Made by a program: the position numbers and the translations under genes. Of a stretch of DNA of 64,000 nt, positions 29,880 to 45,640 are shown one piece after another. The stretch's first letter is position 1; each line of letters starts with the position of its first letter. Source of the stretch: the human T2T-CHM13v2.0 reference genome, Homo sapiens; assembly GCF_009914755.1 (NCBI RefSeq), contig NC_060928.1; one strand, 5' to 3'. The notes beneath the pieces are model-generated. The model made no database searches. It was given only the letters and a program-made list of their open reading frames with translations, and was not told where the DNA came from.

Positions 29880-30760
29880 TTGAGTACTTTGATATTTTAT
29901 GTACACTTTATTATAAAAGTTTGGGTACTTTCATATTTTACGTACAGTATATAATACATACTTTGGGCACTTTGATGTTTTATGCACAGTATATAATACA
30001 TACTTTGGGTACTTTTATATTTTATGTACAGTATATAATACATAGTTTGGGTACTTTGATATTTAATATACAGTATATAATGCACACTTTGCGTACTTTG
30101 ATATTTTATGTAAAGTATGTAATACATACTTTGGGTAGTTTGATATTTTATGTACAGTATGTAATACACACTTTGGGTACTTTGATATTTTATGTACAGT
30201 ATGTAAAACATACTTTGGGTAGTTTGATATATTATGATCAGTATATAATACACATTTTGGGTACTTTGATATTTTATGTACAGTGTATAATACATACTTT
30301 GGGTACTTTGATATTTTATGTACAGGATATAATGCATACTTTGGGTACTTTGATAGTTTATGTACAGTATATAATACTTACTTTGGGTACTTTGATATTT
30401 TATATATAGTATAAAATATATAGTTTGGGTAGTTTGATACTTTAAGTATAGTATATGATACATATTTTTAGTACTTAGATATTTTATCTACAGTGTATAA
30501 TAAATACTATGGGTACTTTGATATATTATGTACAATAGATAATACATGCTTTGGGTACTTTGATATTTTATGTACAGTATATAATACATACTTTGGGTAC
30601 TTTGATATTTTATGTACAGTATATAATACATACATTGGGTGCTTTCATATTTCATGTACACTATATAATATATAGTTTGGGTACTTTGGTATATTATGTA
30701 CTGTATATAATACATACTTTGAGTATTTTGATATTTTATGTACAGTATATAATACATACT
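29880..30760 (+). repeat. ~0.9-kb segment with paralog at offset +26,683 (about 56.56-57.44 kb)
   Basis: ORFs 29897, 29921, 30493 and 30551 map to 56580, 56604, 57176 and 57234. Shared markers: taagtatagtatatgatac, taataaatactatgg, tacaatagat. Confidence 0.82.
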
Positions 30761-32058
30761 TTGGGTACTTTGATATTTTATGTACAGTATATAATGCATA
30801 ATTTGGGTACTTCAATAGTTTATGCACAGTATATAATACATACTTTGGGTAATTTGATATTTTATGTACAGTATATAATGCATACTTTGGGTACTTTGAT
30901 AGTTTATGTACAGTATACAATACATACTTTGGGTACTTTGATATTTTATGTACAGTATATAATATGTAGTTTGGGTACTTTGATATTTTAACTACAGTAT
31001 ATAATACATACTTTGGGTACTTTGATATTTTATCTACAGTATATAACAGATACTTTGGGTACTTTGATATATTATGTACAGTATATAATACATAGTTTGG
31101 TTACTTTGATATTTTTTGTACAGTATGTAAAACATACTTTGGGGAGTTTGATATTTTATGAACAGTATATAATACACATTTTGGGTACTTTGATATTTTA
31201 TGTACGGTATATAATACATACTTTGGGTACTTTGATATTTTATGTACAGTATATAATTCATACTTTGGGTACTTTGATATTTTATGTACAGTATATAATA
31301 CATACTTTGGGTACTTTGATATTTTATGTACAGTATATAATACATACTTTGGGTACTTTAATATTTTATGTAGAGTATATAATACCTACTTTGGGTACTT
31401 TGATATTTTGTGGAAAGTATATAATACATGCTTTGGGTAAGTTGATATTTTATGTACAGTATATAATATATAGTTTGGGTATTTTGATATTTTATATACA
31501 GTATATAATACATACTTTGCCTACTTTGATATTTTTTGTACAGTATATAAAACATACTTTGGGGAGTTTGATATTTTATGAACAGTATATAATACACATT
31601 TTGGGTACTTTGATATTTTATGTACAGTATATAATACATACTTTGGGTACTTTGATATTTTACGTACAGTATATAATACATACGTTGGGTACTTTGATAT
31701 TTTATGTACAGTATATAATACATACATTGGGTACTTCGATATTTTATGTGCAGTACCGTATATATAGTTTGGGTATTTTGATATTTTATGTCCAGTATAA
31801 AATAAATAGTTTTGTTACTTTGATATTTTATGTACAGGTTATAGTTTGAGTACTTTGATATTTAATGTTCAGTTTATTATAAATGTTTGGGTGCTTTCAT
31901 ATTTTATATACAGTATATAATACATAGTTTGGGCGCCTTGATGTTTTATGTATAGTATATAATACATACTTTGGGTACTTTGATGTATTATGTACAGTAT
32001 ATAATACATACTTTGGGTACTTTGATATTTTATGTACAGTATATAATACATACTTTGG

Positions 32059-32562
32059 GTACTTTGATATTTTATGTACAGTATGTAATACATAATTTGG
32101 GTACTTTAATATTTTATGTGTAGTATATAATACATACTTTGGGTACTTTGATATTTTATGTACAGTATATAATACATACATTGGGTACTTTCATATTTCA
32201 TGTACAGTATATAATATATAGTTTGGGTACTTTGGTATATTATGTACTGTATATAATACATACTTTGAGTACTTTGATATTTTATGTACAGTATATAATA
32301 CATACTTTGAGTACTTTGATATTTTATGTACAGTATGTAATACATAATTTGGGTACTTTAATATTTTATGTATAGTATATAATACATACTTTGGGTACTT
32401 TGATATTTTATGTACAGTATATAATATATACATTGGGTACTTTCATATTTCATGTACAGTATATAATATATAGTTTGGGTACTTTGGTATATTATGTACT
32501 GTATATAATACATACTTTGAGTACTTTGATATTTTATGTACAGTATATAATATATAGTTTGG
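32059..32562 (+). repeat. 252-bp (6-monomer) tandem duplication, also present at about 54,910-55,413
   Basis: gtactttaat occurs at 32101 and 32353, and at 54952 and 55204. ORF pairs 32106/32358 and 54957/55209. Confidence 0.82.
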
Positions 32563-35500
32563 GTACTTTGATATTTTATATACAATATATAATATGTATT
32601 ATGTGTACTTTGATATATTATGTACAGTATATAATATATAGTATGGGTTGTTTGATATTATATGTACAGTATATAATATATAGTTTGGGTAGTTTGATAT
32701 TTTTAGTACAGTATGTAATATATAGTTTGTTTTATTTGATATTTTATGTACAGTATACAATATATAGTATTGGTACGTTCATATTTCATGTAAAGTATAT
32801 AGTTTGAGTACTTTGATATTTTATATGCAGTTTATTATAAATGTTTTGGTACTTTCATATTTTATGTACAGTATATAATACATACTTTGGGAACTTTTAT
32901 TTTATGTGCAGTATATAATACATACTTTGGGTACTTTGATATTTCATGTACAGTATATAATACACACTTTGGGTACTTTGATATTTTATGTACAGTATAT
33001 AATACACACTTTGGGTACTTTGATATTTTATGTACAGTATATAATACATACTTTGGTACTTTTATATTTCATGTACAGTATATAATATATAGTTTGGGTA
33101 CTTTGATATTTTATGTACAGTATATAATACATAGTTTGGGTATTTTGATATTTTATGTACAGTATATAATACATACTTTGGGTACTTTGATATTTTATGT
33201 ACAGTATGTAATATATAGTTTGGGTACTTTGATATTTTATGTGCAGTATATAACACATACTTTCGGTAGTTGGATATTTTATGTACAGTATATAATACAT
33301 ACTTTCGGTACTTCGATATTTGATGTACAGTATACTATATATAGATGGGTACTTTGATATTTTATGTCGGGTATAAAATAAATAGTTTTGGTACTTAGAT
33401 ATTTTATGTACAGTATATAGTTTGAGTACTTTGATATTTTATGTACAGTTTGTTATAAATGGGTGCTTTCATATTTTATGTACAGTATATAATACATACT
33501 ATGGGCACTTTGATATTTTATGTACAGTATATAATACATACTTTGGGTACTTTGATATTTTATGCACACTACATAATACATACTTTGGGTACTTTGATAT
33601 TTTATGTACAGTATGTAATACATAATTTGGGTACTTTTATATTTTATGTATAGTATATAATATTTACTTTGGGTACTTTGATATTTTATGGACAGTGTAT
33701 AACACATACTTTGGGTACTTTGATATTTTATGTACAGTATATAACATATAGTGTGGGTAATTTGATATTTTATATACAGTATATAATACATAATTTGGGT
33801 ACTTTGATATTTTATGTACAGTATATAATACATACTTTGGGTACTTTGATATTTCATGCACAGTATACAATATATAGTTTGAGTACTTTGATATTTTATG
33901 TACTGTATAAAATATATAGTTTTGGTACTTTGATATTTTATGTACAGTATATAGTTTGAGTACTTTGATATTTTATGTACAGTTTGTTATAAATGTTTGG
34001 GTGCTTTCATATTTTATGTACAGTATATAATACATACTTTGGGCACTTTGATATCTTATGTACAGTATATAATACATACTTTGGGTTCTCTGATATTTTC
34101 TGTACAGTGTATAATACATACTTTGGGTACTTTGATATTTTATGTACAATATATAATACATACGTTGGGAACTTTGATATATTATGTACAGTATACAATA
34201 CATACTTTGGGTACTTTGATATTTTATCTACAGTATACAACACATAGTTTGTATACTTTGATATTTTATGTACAGTATATAATACATACTTTGGGTACTT
34301 TGATATTTTATGTACAGTACATAATACATACTTTGGGTATTTTCATATTTTATGTACAGTATATAATATATAGTTTGGTTACTTTGATATTTTATCTACA
34401 GTTTATAATACATACTTTGGATACTTTGAAACTTTATGTACAGTATATAATACGTAATTTGGGTACTTTGATATTTTATGTACAGTATACAATATATAGT
34501 TTGAGTACTTTAATATTTTATGTGCAGTATAAAATATATAGTTTTGGTACTTTCATATTTTATGTACAGTATATAGTTTGAGTACTTTGATATTTTATGT
34601 ACAGTTTTTTATAAATGTTTGGGTGCTTTCATATTTTATGTACAGTATATAATACATACTAAGGGCACTTTGATATTTTATGTACAGTATATAATACATA
34701 CTTTGGGTACTTTGATATTTTATGTACGTCATATAATATATAGTTTGGGTACTTTGATATTTTATGTACAGTATATAATACATACCTTGGGTACTTTGAT
34801 ATTTTATGTACAGTATATAATATATAGTTTGGGTATTTTGATATTTTATGTACAGTATATAATACATACTTTGGGTACTTTGATATTTTATGTACAGTAT
34901 ATAATACATACTTTGGGAACTTTGATATTTTATGTACAGTATGTAAAACATACTTTGGGTACTTTGATATTTTATGTACAGGATATAATGCATACTTTGG
35001 GTACTTTGATAGTTTATGTACAGTCTATAATACATACTTTGGGTACTTTGATATTTTATGTATAGTATAAAATATATAGTTTGGGTACTTTGATATTTTA
35101 TGTACAGTATGTAAAAGATACTTTGGGGAGTTTGATATTTTATGTACAGTATGTAAAACATACTTTGGGGAGTTTGATATTTTATGAACAGTATATAATA
35201 CACATTTTGTGTACTTTGATATTTTGTGTACAGTATATAATACATACTTTGGGTACTTTCATATTTTATGTACAGTATATATTACATACTTTGGGTACTT
35301 TGATATTTTATGTACAGTATACAATATATAGTTTGAGTACTTTGATATTTTATGTACTGTATAAAATATATAGTTTTGGTACTTTGATATTTTATGTACA
35401 GTATATAGTTTGAGTACTTTGATATTTTATGTACAGTTTGTTATAAATATTTTGGTGCTTTCATATTTTATGTACTGTATAAAATACATGCTTTGGGCAC

Positions 35501-38500
35501 TTTGATATTTTATGTACAGTATATAATACATACTTTGTGTACTCTGATATTTTATGTACAGTGTATAATACATACTTTGGGTACTTTGATATTTTATGTA
35601 CAGTATATAATACATACATTGGGTACTTTGATATATTATGTACAGTATATAATACTTACTTGGGGTACTTTGATATTTTATGTACAGTATATAATACATA
35701 GTTTGTGTACTTTGATATTTTATGTACAGTATATAATACATACTTTGGATACTTTGATATTTTATGTACAGTATATAATACATACTTTGGGTATCTTGAT
35801 ATTTTATGTACAGTATATAATGCATACTTTGCGTACTTTGATATTTTATGTACAGTATATAATGCATACTTTGGGTACTTTGATATTTTATGTACAGTAT
35901 GTAATACATACTTTGGGTACTTTGATATTTTATGTATAGTATATAATACATACTTTGTGTAGTTTGATATTTTATGTACAGTATACAATATATAGTTTGA
36001 GTACTTTGTTATTTTATGTGCAGTATAAAATATATAGTTTTCGTAATTGATATTTTATGTACAGAATATAGTTTGAATACTTTGATATTTTATGTACACT
36101 TTATTATAAATGTTTGGGTACTTTCATATTTTATGTACAGTATATAATACATACTTTGGTCTCTTTGATGTTTTATGTACAGTATATAATACATACCTTG
36201 GGTTCTTTGATATTTTATGTGCAGAATATAATGCATAGTTTTAGGTACTTTTATATTTTATGTACAGTATATAATACATACTTTGGGTACTTTGATATTT
36301 TATGTACAGTATATAATACATACTTTGGGTACTTTGATATTTTATGTACAGTATATAATACATACTTTGGGTACTTTGATATTTTATGTACAGTATATAA
36401 TACATACATTGGGTACTTCGATATTTTATGTGCAGTACCCTATATATAGTTTGGGTACTTTGATATTTTATGTCCAGTATAAAATAAATAGTTTTGGTAC
36501 TTTGATATTTTATGTACAGTATATAGTTTGAGTACTTTGATATTTAATGTTCAGTTTATTATAAATGTTTGGGTGCTTTCATATTTTATATACAGTATAT
36601 AATACATACTTTGGGCACTTTGATATTTTCTGTACAGTATATAATACATACTTTGGGTACTTTGATATTTTATATACGGTATATAATACATACATTGGGT
36701 ACTTTGATATTTTATGTACAGTATATAATATATAGTTTGGTTACTTTGATATTTTATATACAGTATATAATATATATTATGTGTACTTTGATATATTATG
36801 TACAGTATATAATATATAGTATGGGTTGTTTGATATTATATGTACAGTATATAATATATAGTTTGGGTAGTTTGATATTTTTAGTACAGTATGTAATATA
36901 TAGTTTGTTTTATTTGATATTTTATGTACAGTATACAATATATAGTATTGGTACGTTCATATTTCATGTAAAGTATATAGTTTGAGTACTTTGATATTTT
37001 ATATGCAGTTTATTATAAATGTTTTGGTACTTTCATATTTTATGTACAGTATATAATACATACTTTGGGAACTTTTATTTTATGTGCAGTATATAATACA
37101 TACTTTGGGTACTTTGATATTTCATGTACAGTATATAATACACACTTTGGGTATTTTGATATTTTATGTACAGTATATAATACACACTTTGGGTACTTTG
37201 ATATTTTATGTACAGTATATAATACATACTTTGGTACTTTTATGTTTCATGTACAGTATATAATATATAGTTTGGGTACTTTGATATTTTATGTACAGTA
37301 TATAATACATAGTTTGGGTATTTTGATATTTTATGTACAGTGTATAATACATACTTTGGGTACTTTGATATTTTATGTACAGTATGTAATATATAGTTTG
37401 GGTACTTTGATATTTTATGTGCAGTATATAACACATACTTTCGGTAGTTGGATATTTTATGTACAGTATATAATACATACTTTCGGTACTTCGATATTTG
37501 ATGTACAGTATACTATATATAGATGGGTACTTTGATATTTTATGTCGGGTATAAAATAAATAGTTTTGGTACTTAGATATTTTATGTACAGTATATAGTT
37601 TGAGTACTTTGATATTTTATGTACAGTTTGTTATAAATGGGTGCTTTCATATTTTATGTACAGTATATAATACATACTATGGGCACTTTGATATTTTATG
37701 TACAGTATATAATACATACTTTGGGTACTTTGATATTTTATGCACACTACATAATACATACTTTGGGTACTTTGATATTTTATGTACAGTATGTAATACA
37801 TAATTTGGGTACTTTTATATTTTATGTATAGTATATAATACTTACTTTGGGTACTTTGATATTTTATGGACAGTGTATAATACATACTTTGGGTACTTTG
37901 ATATTTTATGTACAGTATATAACATATAGTGTGGGTAATTTGATATTTTATATACAGTATATAATACATAATTTGGGTACTTTGATATTTTATGTACAGT
38001 ATATAATACATACTTTGGGTACTTTGATATTACATGCACAGTATACAATATATAGTTTGAGTACTTTGATATTTTATGTACTGTATAAAATATATAGTTT
38101 TGGTACTTTGATATTTTATGTACAGTATATAGTTTGAGTACTTTGATATTTTATGTACAGTTTGTTATAAATGTTTGGGTGCTTTCATATTTTATGTACA
38201 GTATATAATACATACTTTGGGCACTTTGATATCTTATGTACAGTATATAATACATACTTTGGGTTCTCTGATATTTTCTGTACAGTGTATAATACATACT
38301 TTGGGTACTTTGATATTTTATGTACAATATATAATACATACGTTGGGAACTTTGATATATTATGTACAGTATATAATACATACTTTGGGTACTTTGATAT
38401 TTTATCTACAGTATACAACACATAGTTTGTATACTTTGATATTTTATGTACAGTATATAATACATACTTTGGGTACTTTGATATTTTATGTACAGTACAT

Positions 38501-41500
38501 AATACATACTTTGGGTATTTTCATATTTTATGTACAGTATATAATATATAGTTTGGTTACTTTGATATTTTATCTACAGTTTATAATACATACTTTGGAT
38601 ACTTTGAAACTTTATTTACAGTATATAATACGTAATTTGGGTACTTTGATATTTTATGTACAGTATACAATATATAGTTTGAGTACTTTAATATTTTATG
38701 TGCAGTATAAAATATATAGTTTTGATACTTTCATATTTTATGTACAGTATATAGTTTGAGTACTTTGATATTTTATGTACAGTTTTTTATAAATGTTTGG
38801 GTGCTTTCATATTTTATGTACAGTATATAATACATACTAAGGGCACTTTGATATTTTATGTACAGTATATAATACATACTTTGGGTACTTTGATATTTTA
38901 TGTACGTCATATAATATATAGTTTGGGTACTTTGATATTTTATGTACAGTATATAATACATACCTTGGGTACTTTGATATTTTATGTACAGTATATAATA
39001 TATAGTTTGGGTATTTTGATATTTTATGTACAGTATATAATACATACTTTGGGTACTTTGATATTTTATGTACAGTATATAATACATACTTTGGGAACTT
39101 TGATATTTTATGTACAGTATGTAAAACATACTTTGGGTACTTTGATATTTTATGTACAGGATATAATGCATACTTTGGGTACTTTGATAGTTTATGTACT
39201 GTCTATAATACATACTTTGGTTACTTTGATATTTTATGTATAGTATAAAATATATAGTTTGGGTACTTTCATATTTTATGTACAGTATGTAAAAGATACT
39301 TTGGGGAGTTTGATATTTTATGTACAGTATGTAAAACATACTTTGGGGAGTTTGATATTTTATGAACAGTATATAATACACATTTTGTGTACTTTGATAT
39401 TTTGTGTACAGTATATAATACATACTTTGGGTACTTTCATATTTTATGTACAGTATATATTACATACTTTGGGTACTTTGATATTTTATGTACAGTATAC
39501 AATATATAGTTTGGGTACTTTGATATTTTATGTACTGTATAAAATATATAGTTTTGGTACTTTGATATTTTATGTACAGTATATAGTTTGAGTACTTTGA
39601 TATTTTATGTACAGTTTGTTATAAATATTTTGGTGCTTTCATATTTTATGTACTGTATATAATACATGCTTTGGGCACTTTGATATTTTATGTACAGTAT
39701 ATAATACATACTTTGTGTACTCTGATATTTTATGTACAGTGTATAATACATACTTTGGGTACTTTGATATTTTATGTACAGTATATAATACATACATTGG
39801 GTACTTTGATATATTATGTACAGTATATAATACTTACTTGGGGTACTTTGATATTTTATGTACAGTATATAATACATAGTTTGTGTACTTTGATATTTTA
39901 TGTACAGTATATAATACATACTTTGGGTACTTTGATATTTTATGTACAGTATATAATACATACTTTGGGTACTTTCATATTTCATGTACAGTTTATAATA
40001 TATAGTTTGGGTACTTTGGTATATTATGTACTGTATATAATACATTCTTTGGGTACTTTGATATTTTATGTACAGTATATAATACATACTTTGGGTACTT
40101 TGATATTTTATGTACAGTATAAAATATATACTTTGACTACTTTGATATTTTATGTCCAGTATAGAATATATATTTTTGGTACTTTGATATTTTATGTACA
40201 GTATATACTTTGAGTACATTGATATTTTATGTACACTTTATTATAAATGTTTGGATACTTTCATATTTTATGTACAGTATATAATACATACTTTGGGCAC
40301 TTTGATATTTTATGTACAGTATACAATACATACTTTGGGTACTTTGATATTTTATGTACAGTATATAATACATAATTTGGGTACTTTGATATTTTATGTA
40401 CAGTATATAATGCATACTTTGGGTACTTTGATGTTTTATGTACAGTATATAATACATACTTAGGGTACTTTGACATTTTATGTGCAGTACATAATACATA
40501 CTTTGGATACTTTGTTATTTTAAATACAGTATGTAATACATATTTTGGGTACTTTGATATTTTATGTACAGTATATAATACATACTTTGGTACTTTTATA
40601 TTTCATGTACAGTATAAAATATATAGTTTGGGTACTTTGATATTTTATGTACAGTATATAATACCTACTTTGGGTACTTTGATATTTTATGTACAGTATA
40701 TAATGCATAATTTGGGTACTTCAATAGTTTATGCACAGTATATAATACATACTTTGGGTAATTTGATATTTTATGTACAGTATATAATGCATACTTTGGG
40801 TACTTTGATAGTTTATGTACAGTATACAATACATACTTTGGGTACTTTGATATTTTATGTACAGTATATAATATGTAGTTTGGGTACTTTGATATTTTAA
40901 CTACAGTATATAATACATACTTTGGGTACTTTGATATTTTATCTACAGTATATAATAGATACTTTGGGTACTTTGATATATTATGTACAGTATATAATAC
41001 ATAGTTTGGTTACTTTGATATTTTTTGTACAGTATGTAAAACATACTTTGGGGAGTTTGATATTTTATGAACAGTATATAATACACATTTTGGGTACTTT
41101 GATATTTTATGTACGGTATATAATACATACTTTGGGTACTTTGATATTTTATGTACAGTATATAATTCATACTTTGGGTACTTTGATATTTTATGTACAG
41201 TATATAATACATACATTGGGTACTTCGATATTTTATGTGCAGTACCCTATATATAGTTTGGGTACTTTGATATTTTATGTCCAGTATAAAATAAATAGTT
41301 TTGTTACTTTGATATTTTATGTACAGTTTATAGTTTGAGTACTTTGATATTTAATGTTCAGTTTATTATAAATGTTTGGGTGCTTTCATATTTTATATAC
41401 AGTATATAATACATACTTTGGGCACCTTGATATTTTATGTACAGTATATAATACATACTTTGGGTACTTTGATATTTTATGTACGGTATATAATACATAC

Positions 41501-44500
41501 ATTGGGTACTTTGATATTTTATGTACAGTATATAATATATACTTTGGGTACTTTGATATTTTATATACAGTATATAATATATATTATGTGTACTTTGATA
41601 TATTCTGTGCAGTATATAATATATAGTTTGGGTTGTTTGATATTTTATGTACAGTATATAATATATAGTATGGGTAGTTTGATATTTTAAGTACAGTATG
41701 TAATATATAGTTTGTGTTATTTGATATTTTATGTACAGTATACAATATATAGTACTGGTACTTTGATATTTCATGTAAAGTATATAGTTTGAGTACTTTG
41801 ATATTTTATATACAGTTTATTATAAATGTTTGGGTACCTTCATATTTTATGTACAGTATGTAATACATACTTTGGGAACTTTTATTTTATGTGCAGTATA
41901 TAATACATACTTTGGGTACTTTGATATTTTATGTACAGTATATAATACACACTTTGGGTACTTTGATATTTTATGTACAGTATATAATACATAGTTTGGG
42001 TATTTTGATATTTTATGTACAGTATATAATACATACTTTGGGTACTTTGATATTTTATATACGGTATATAACACATACATTGGGTACTTTGATATTTTAT
42101 GTACAGTATATAATATATAGTTTGGTTACTTTGATATTTTATATACAGTATATAATATATATTATGTGTACTTTGATATATTATGTACAGTATATAATAT
42201 ATAGTATGGGTTGTTTGATATTATATGTACAGTATATAATATATAGTTTGGGTAGTTTGATATTTTTAGTACAGTATGTAATATATAGTTTGTTTTATTT
42301 GATATTTTATGTACAGTATACAATATATAGTATTGGTACGTTCATATTTCATGTAAAGTATATAGTTTGAGTACTTTGATATTTTATATGCAGTTTATTA
42401 TAAATGTTTTGGTACTTTCATATTTTATGTACAGTATATAATACATACTTTGGGAACTTTTATTTTATGTGCAGTATATAATACATACTTTGGGTACTTT
42501 GATATTTCATGTACAGTATATAATACACACTTTGGGTATTTTGATATTTTATGTACAGTATATAATACACACTTTGGGTACTTTGATATTTTATGTACAG
42601 TATATAATACATACTTTGGTACTTTTATGTTTCATGTACAGTATATAATATATAGTTTGGGTACTTTGATATTTTATGTACAGTATATAATACATAGTTT
42701 GGGTATTTTGATATTTTATGTACAGTGTATAATACATACTTTGGGTACTTTGATATTTTATGTACAGTATGTAATATATAGTTTGGGTACTTTGATATTT
42801 TATGTGCAGTATATAACACATACTTTCGGTAGTTGGATATTTTATGTACAGTATATAATACATACTTTCGGTACTTCGATATTTGATGTACAGTATACTA
42901 TATATAGATGGGTACTTTGATATTTTATGTCGGGTATAAAATAAATAGTTTTGGTACTTAGATATTTTATGTACAGTATATAGTTTGAGTACTTTGATAT
43001 TTTATGTACAGTTTGTTATAAATGGGTGCTTTCATATTTTATGTACAGTATATAATACATACTATGGGCACTTTGATATTTTATGTACAGTATATAATAC
43101 ATACTTTGGGTACTTTGATATTTTATGCACACTACATAATACATACTTTGGGTACTTTGATATTTTATGTACAGTATGTAATACATAATTTGGGTACTTT
43201 TATATTTTATGTATAGTATATAATACTTACTTTGGGTACTTTGATATTTTATGGACAGTGTATAATACATACTTTGGGTACTTTGATATTTTATGTACAG
43301 TATATAACATATAGTGTGGGTAATTTGATATTTTATATACAGTATATAATACATAATTTGGGTACTTTGATATTTTATGTACAGTATATAATACATACTT
43401 TGGGTACTTTGATATTTCATGCACAGTATACAATATATAGTTTGAGTACTTTGATATTTTATGTACTGTATAAAATATATAGTTTTGGTACTTTGATATT
43501 TTATGTACAGTATATAGTTTGAGTACTTTGATATTTTATGTACAGTTTGTTATAAATGTTTGGGTGCTTTCATATTTTATGTACAGTATATAATACATAC
43601 TTTGGGCACTTTGATATCTTATGTACAGTATATAATACATACTTTGGGTTCTCTGATATTTTCTGTACAGTGTATAATACATACTTTGGGTACTTTGATA
43701 TTTTATGTACAATATATAATACATACGTTGGGAACTTTGATATATTATGTACAGTATATAATACATACTTTGGGTACTTTGATATTTTATCTACAGTATA
43801 CAACACATAGTTTGTATACTTTGATATTTTATGTACAGTATATAATACATACTTTGGGTACTTTGATATTTTATGTACAGTACATAATACATACTTTGGG
43901 TATTTTCATATTTTATGTACAGTATATAATATATAGTTTGGTTACTTTGATATTTTATCTACAGTTTATAATACATACTTTGGATACTTTGAAACTTTAT
44001 GTACAGTATATAATACGTAATTTGGGTAGTTTGATATTTTATGTACAGTATACAATATATAGTTTGAGTACTTTAATATTTTATGTGCAGTATAAAATAT
44101 ATAGTTTTGGTACTTTCATATTTTATGTACAGTATATAGTTTGAGTACTTTGATATTTTATGTACAGTTTTTTATAAATGTTTGGGTGCTTTCATATTTT
44201 ATGTACAGTATATAATACATACTAAGGGCACTTTGATATTTTATGTACAGTATATAATACATACTTTGGGTACTTTGATATTTTATGTACGTCATATAAT
44301 ATATAGTTTGGGTACTTTGATATTTTATGTACGGTATATAATACATACCTTGGGTACTTTGATATTTTATGTACAGTATATAATATATAGTTTGGGTATT
44401 TTGATATTTTATGTACAGTATATAATACATACTTTGGGTACTTTGATATTTTATGTACAGTATATAATACATACTTTGGGAACTTTGATATTTTATGTAC

Positions 44501-45640
44501 AGTATGTAAAACATACTTTGGGTACTTTGATATTTTATGTACAGGATATAATGCATACTTTGGGTACTTTGATAGTTTATGTACAGTCTATAATACATAC
44601 TTTGGGTACTTTGATATTTTATGTATAGTATAAAATATATAGTTTGGGTACTTTGATATTTTATGTACAGTATGTAAAAGATACTTTGGGGAGTTTGATA
44701 TTTTATGTACAGTATGTAAAACATACTTTGGGGAGTTTGATATTTTATGAACAGTATATAATACACATTTTGTGTACTTTGATATTTTGTGTACAGTATA
44801 TAATACATACTTTGGGTACTTTCATATTTTATGTACAGTATATATTACATACTTTGGGTACTTTGATATTTTATGTACAGTATACAATATATAGTTTGAG
44901 TACTTTGATATTTTATGTACTGTATAAAATATATAGTTTTGGTACTTTGATATTTTATGTACAGTATATAGTTTGAGTACTTTGATATTTTATGTACAGT
45001 TTGTTATAAATATTTTGGTGCTTTCATATTTTATGTACTGTATATAATACATGCTTTGGGCACTTTGATATTTTATGTACAGTATATAATACATACTTTG
45101 TGTACTCTGATATTTTATGTACAGTGTATAATACATACTTTGGGTACTTTGATATTTTATGTACAGTATATAATACATACATTGGGTACTTTGATATATT
45201 ATGTACAGTATATAATACTTACTTGGGGTACTTTGATATTTTATGTACAGTATATAATACATAGTTTGTGTACTTTGATATTTTATGTACAGTATATAAT
45301 ACATACTTTGGGTACTTTGATATTTTATGTACAGTATATAATACATACTTTGGGTACTTTCATATTTCATGTACAGTTTATAATATATAGTTTGGGTACT
45401 TTGGTATATTATGTACTGTATATAATACATTCTTTGGGTACTTTGATATTTTATGTACAGTATATAATACATACTTTGGGTACTTTGATATTTTACGTAC
45501 AGTATAAAATATATACTTTGACTACTTTGATATTTTATGTCCAGTATAGAATATATATTTTTGGTACTTTGATATTTTATGTACAGTATATACTTTGAGT
45601 ACATTGATATTTTATGTACACTTTATTATAAATGTTTGGA
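32560..45640 (+). repeat. Three closely related copies of a ~3-kb multi-block segment, spaced 4,178 and 5,385 bp apart
   Basis: Near-identical ORF sets start at 32887, 37065, 42450; at 33997, 38175, 43560; and at 34619, 38797, 44182. Confidence 0.88.
36475..41220 (+). repeat. Near-identical segment copy 2 (partner of 1-4745)
   Basis: Position 36475 starts cagtataaaataaatag, as position 1 does. The offset is a constant 36,474, with few differences seen (e.g. gtatagtacat at ~2020 vs gtacagtacat at ~38494). Confidence 0.9.
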
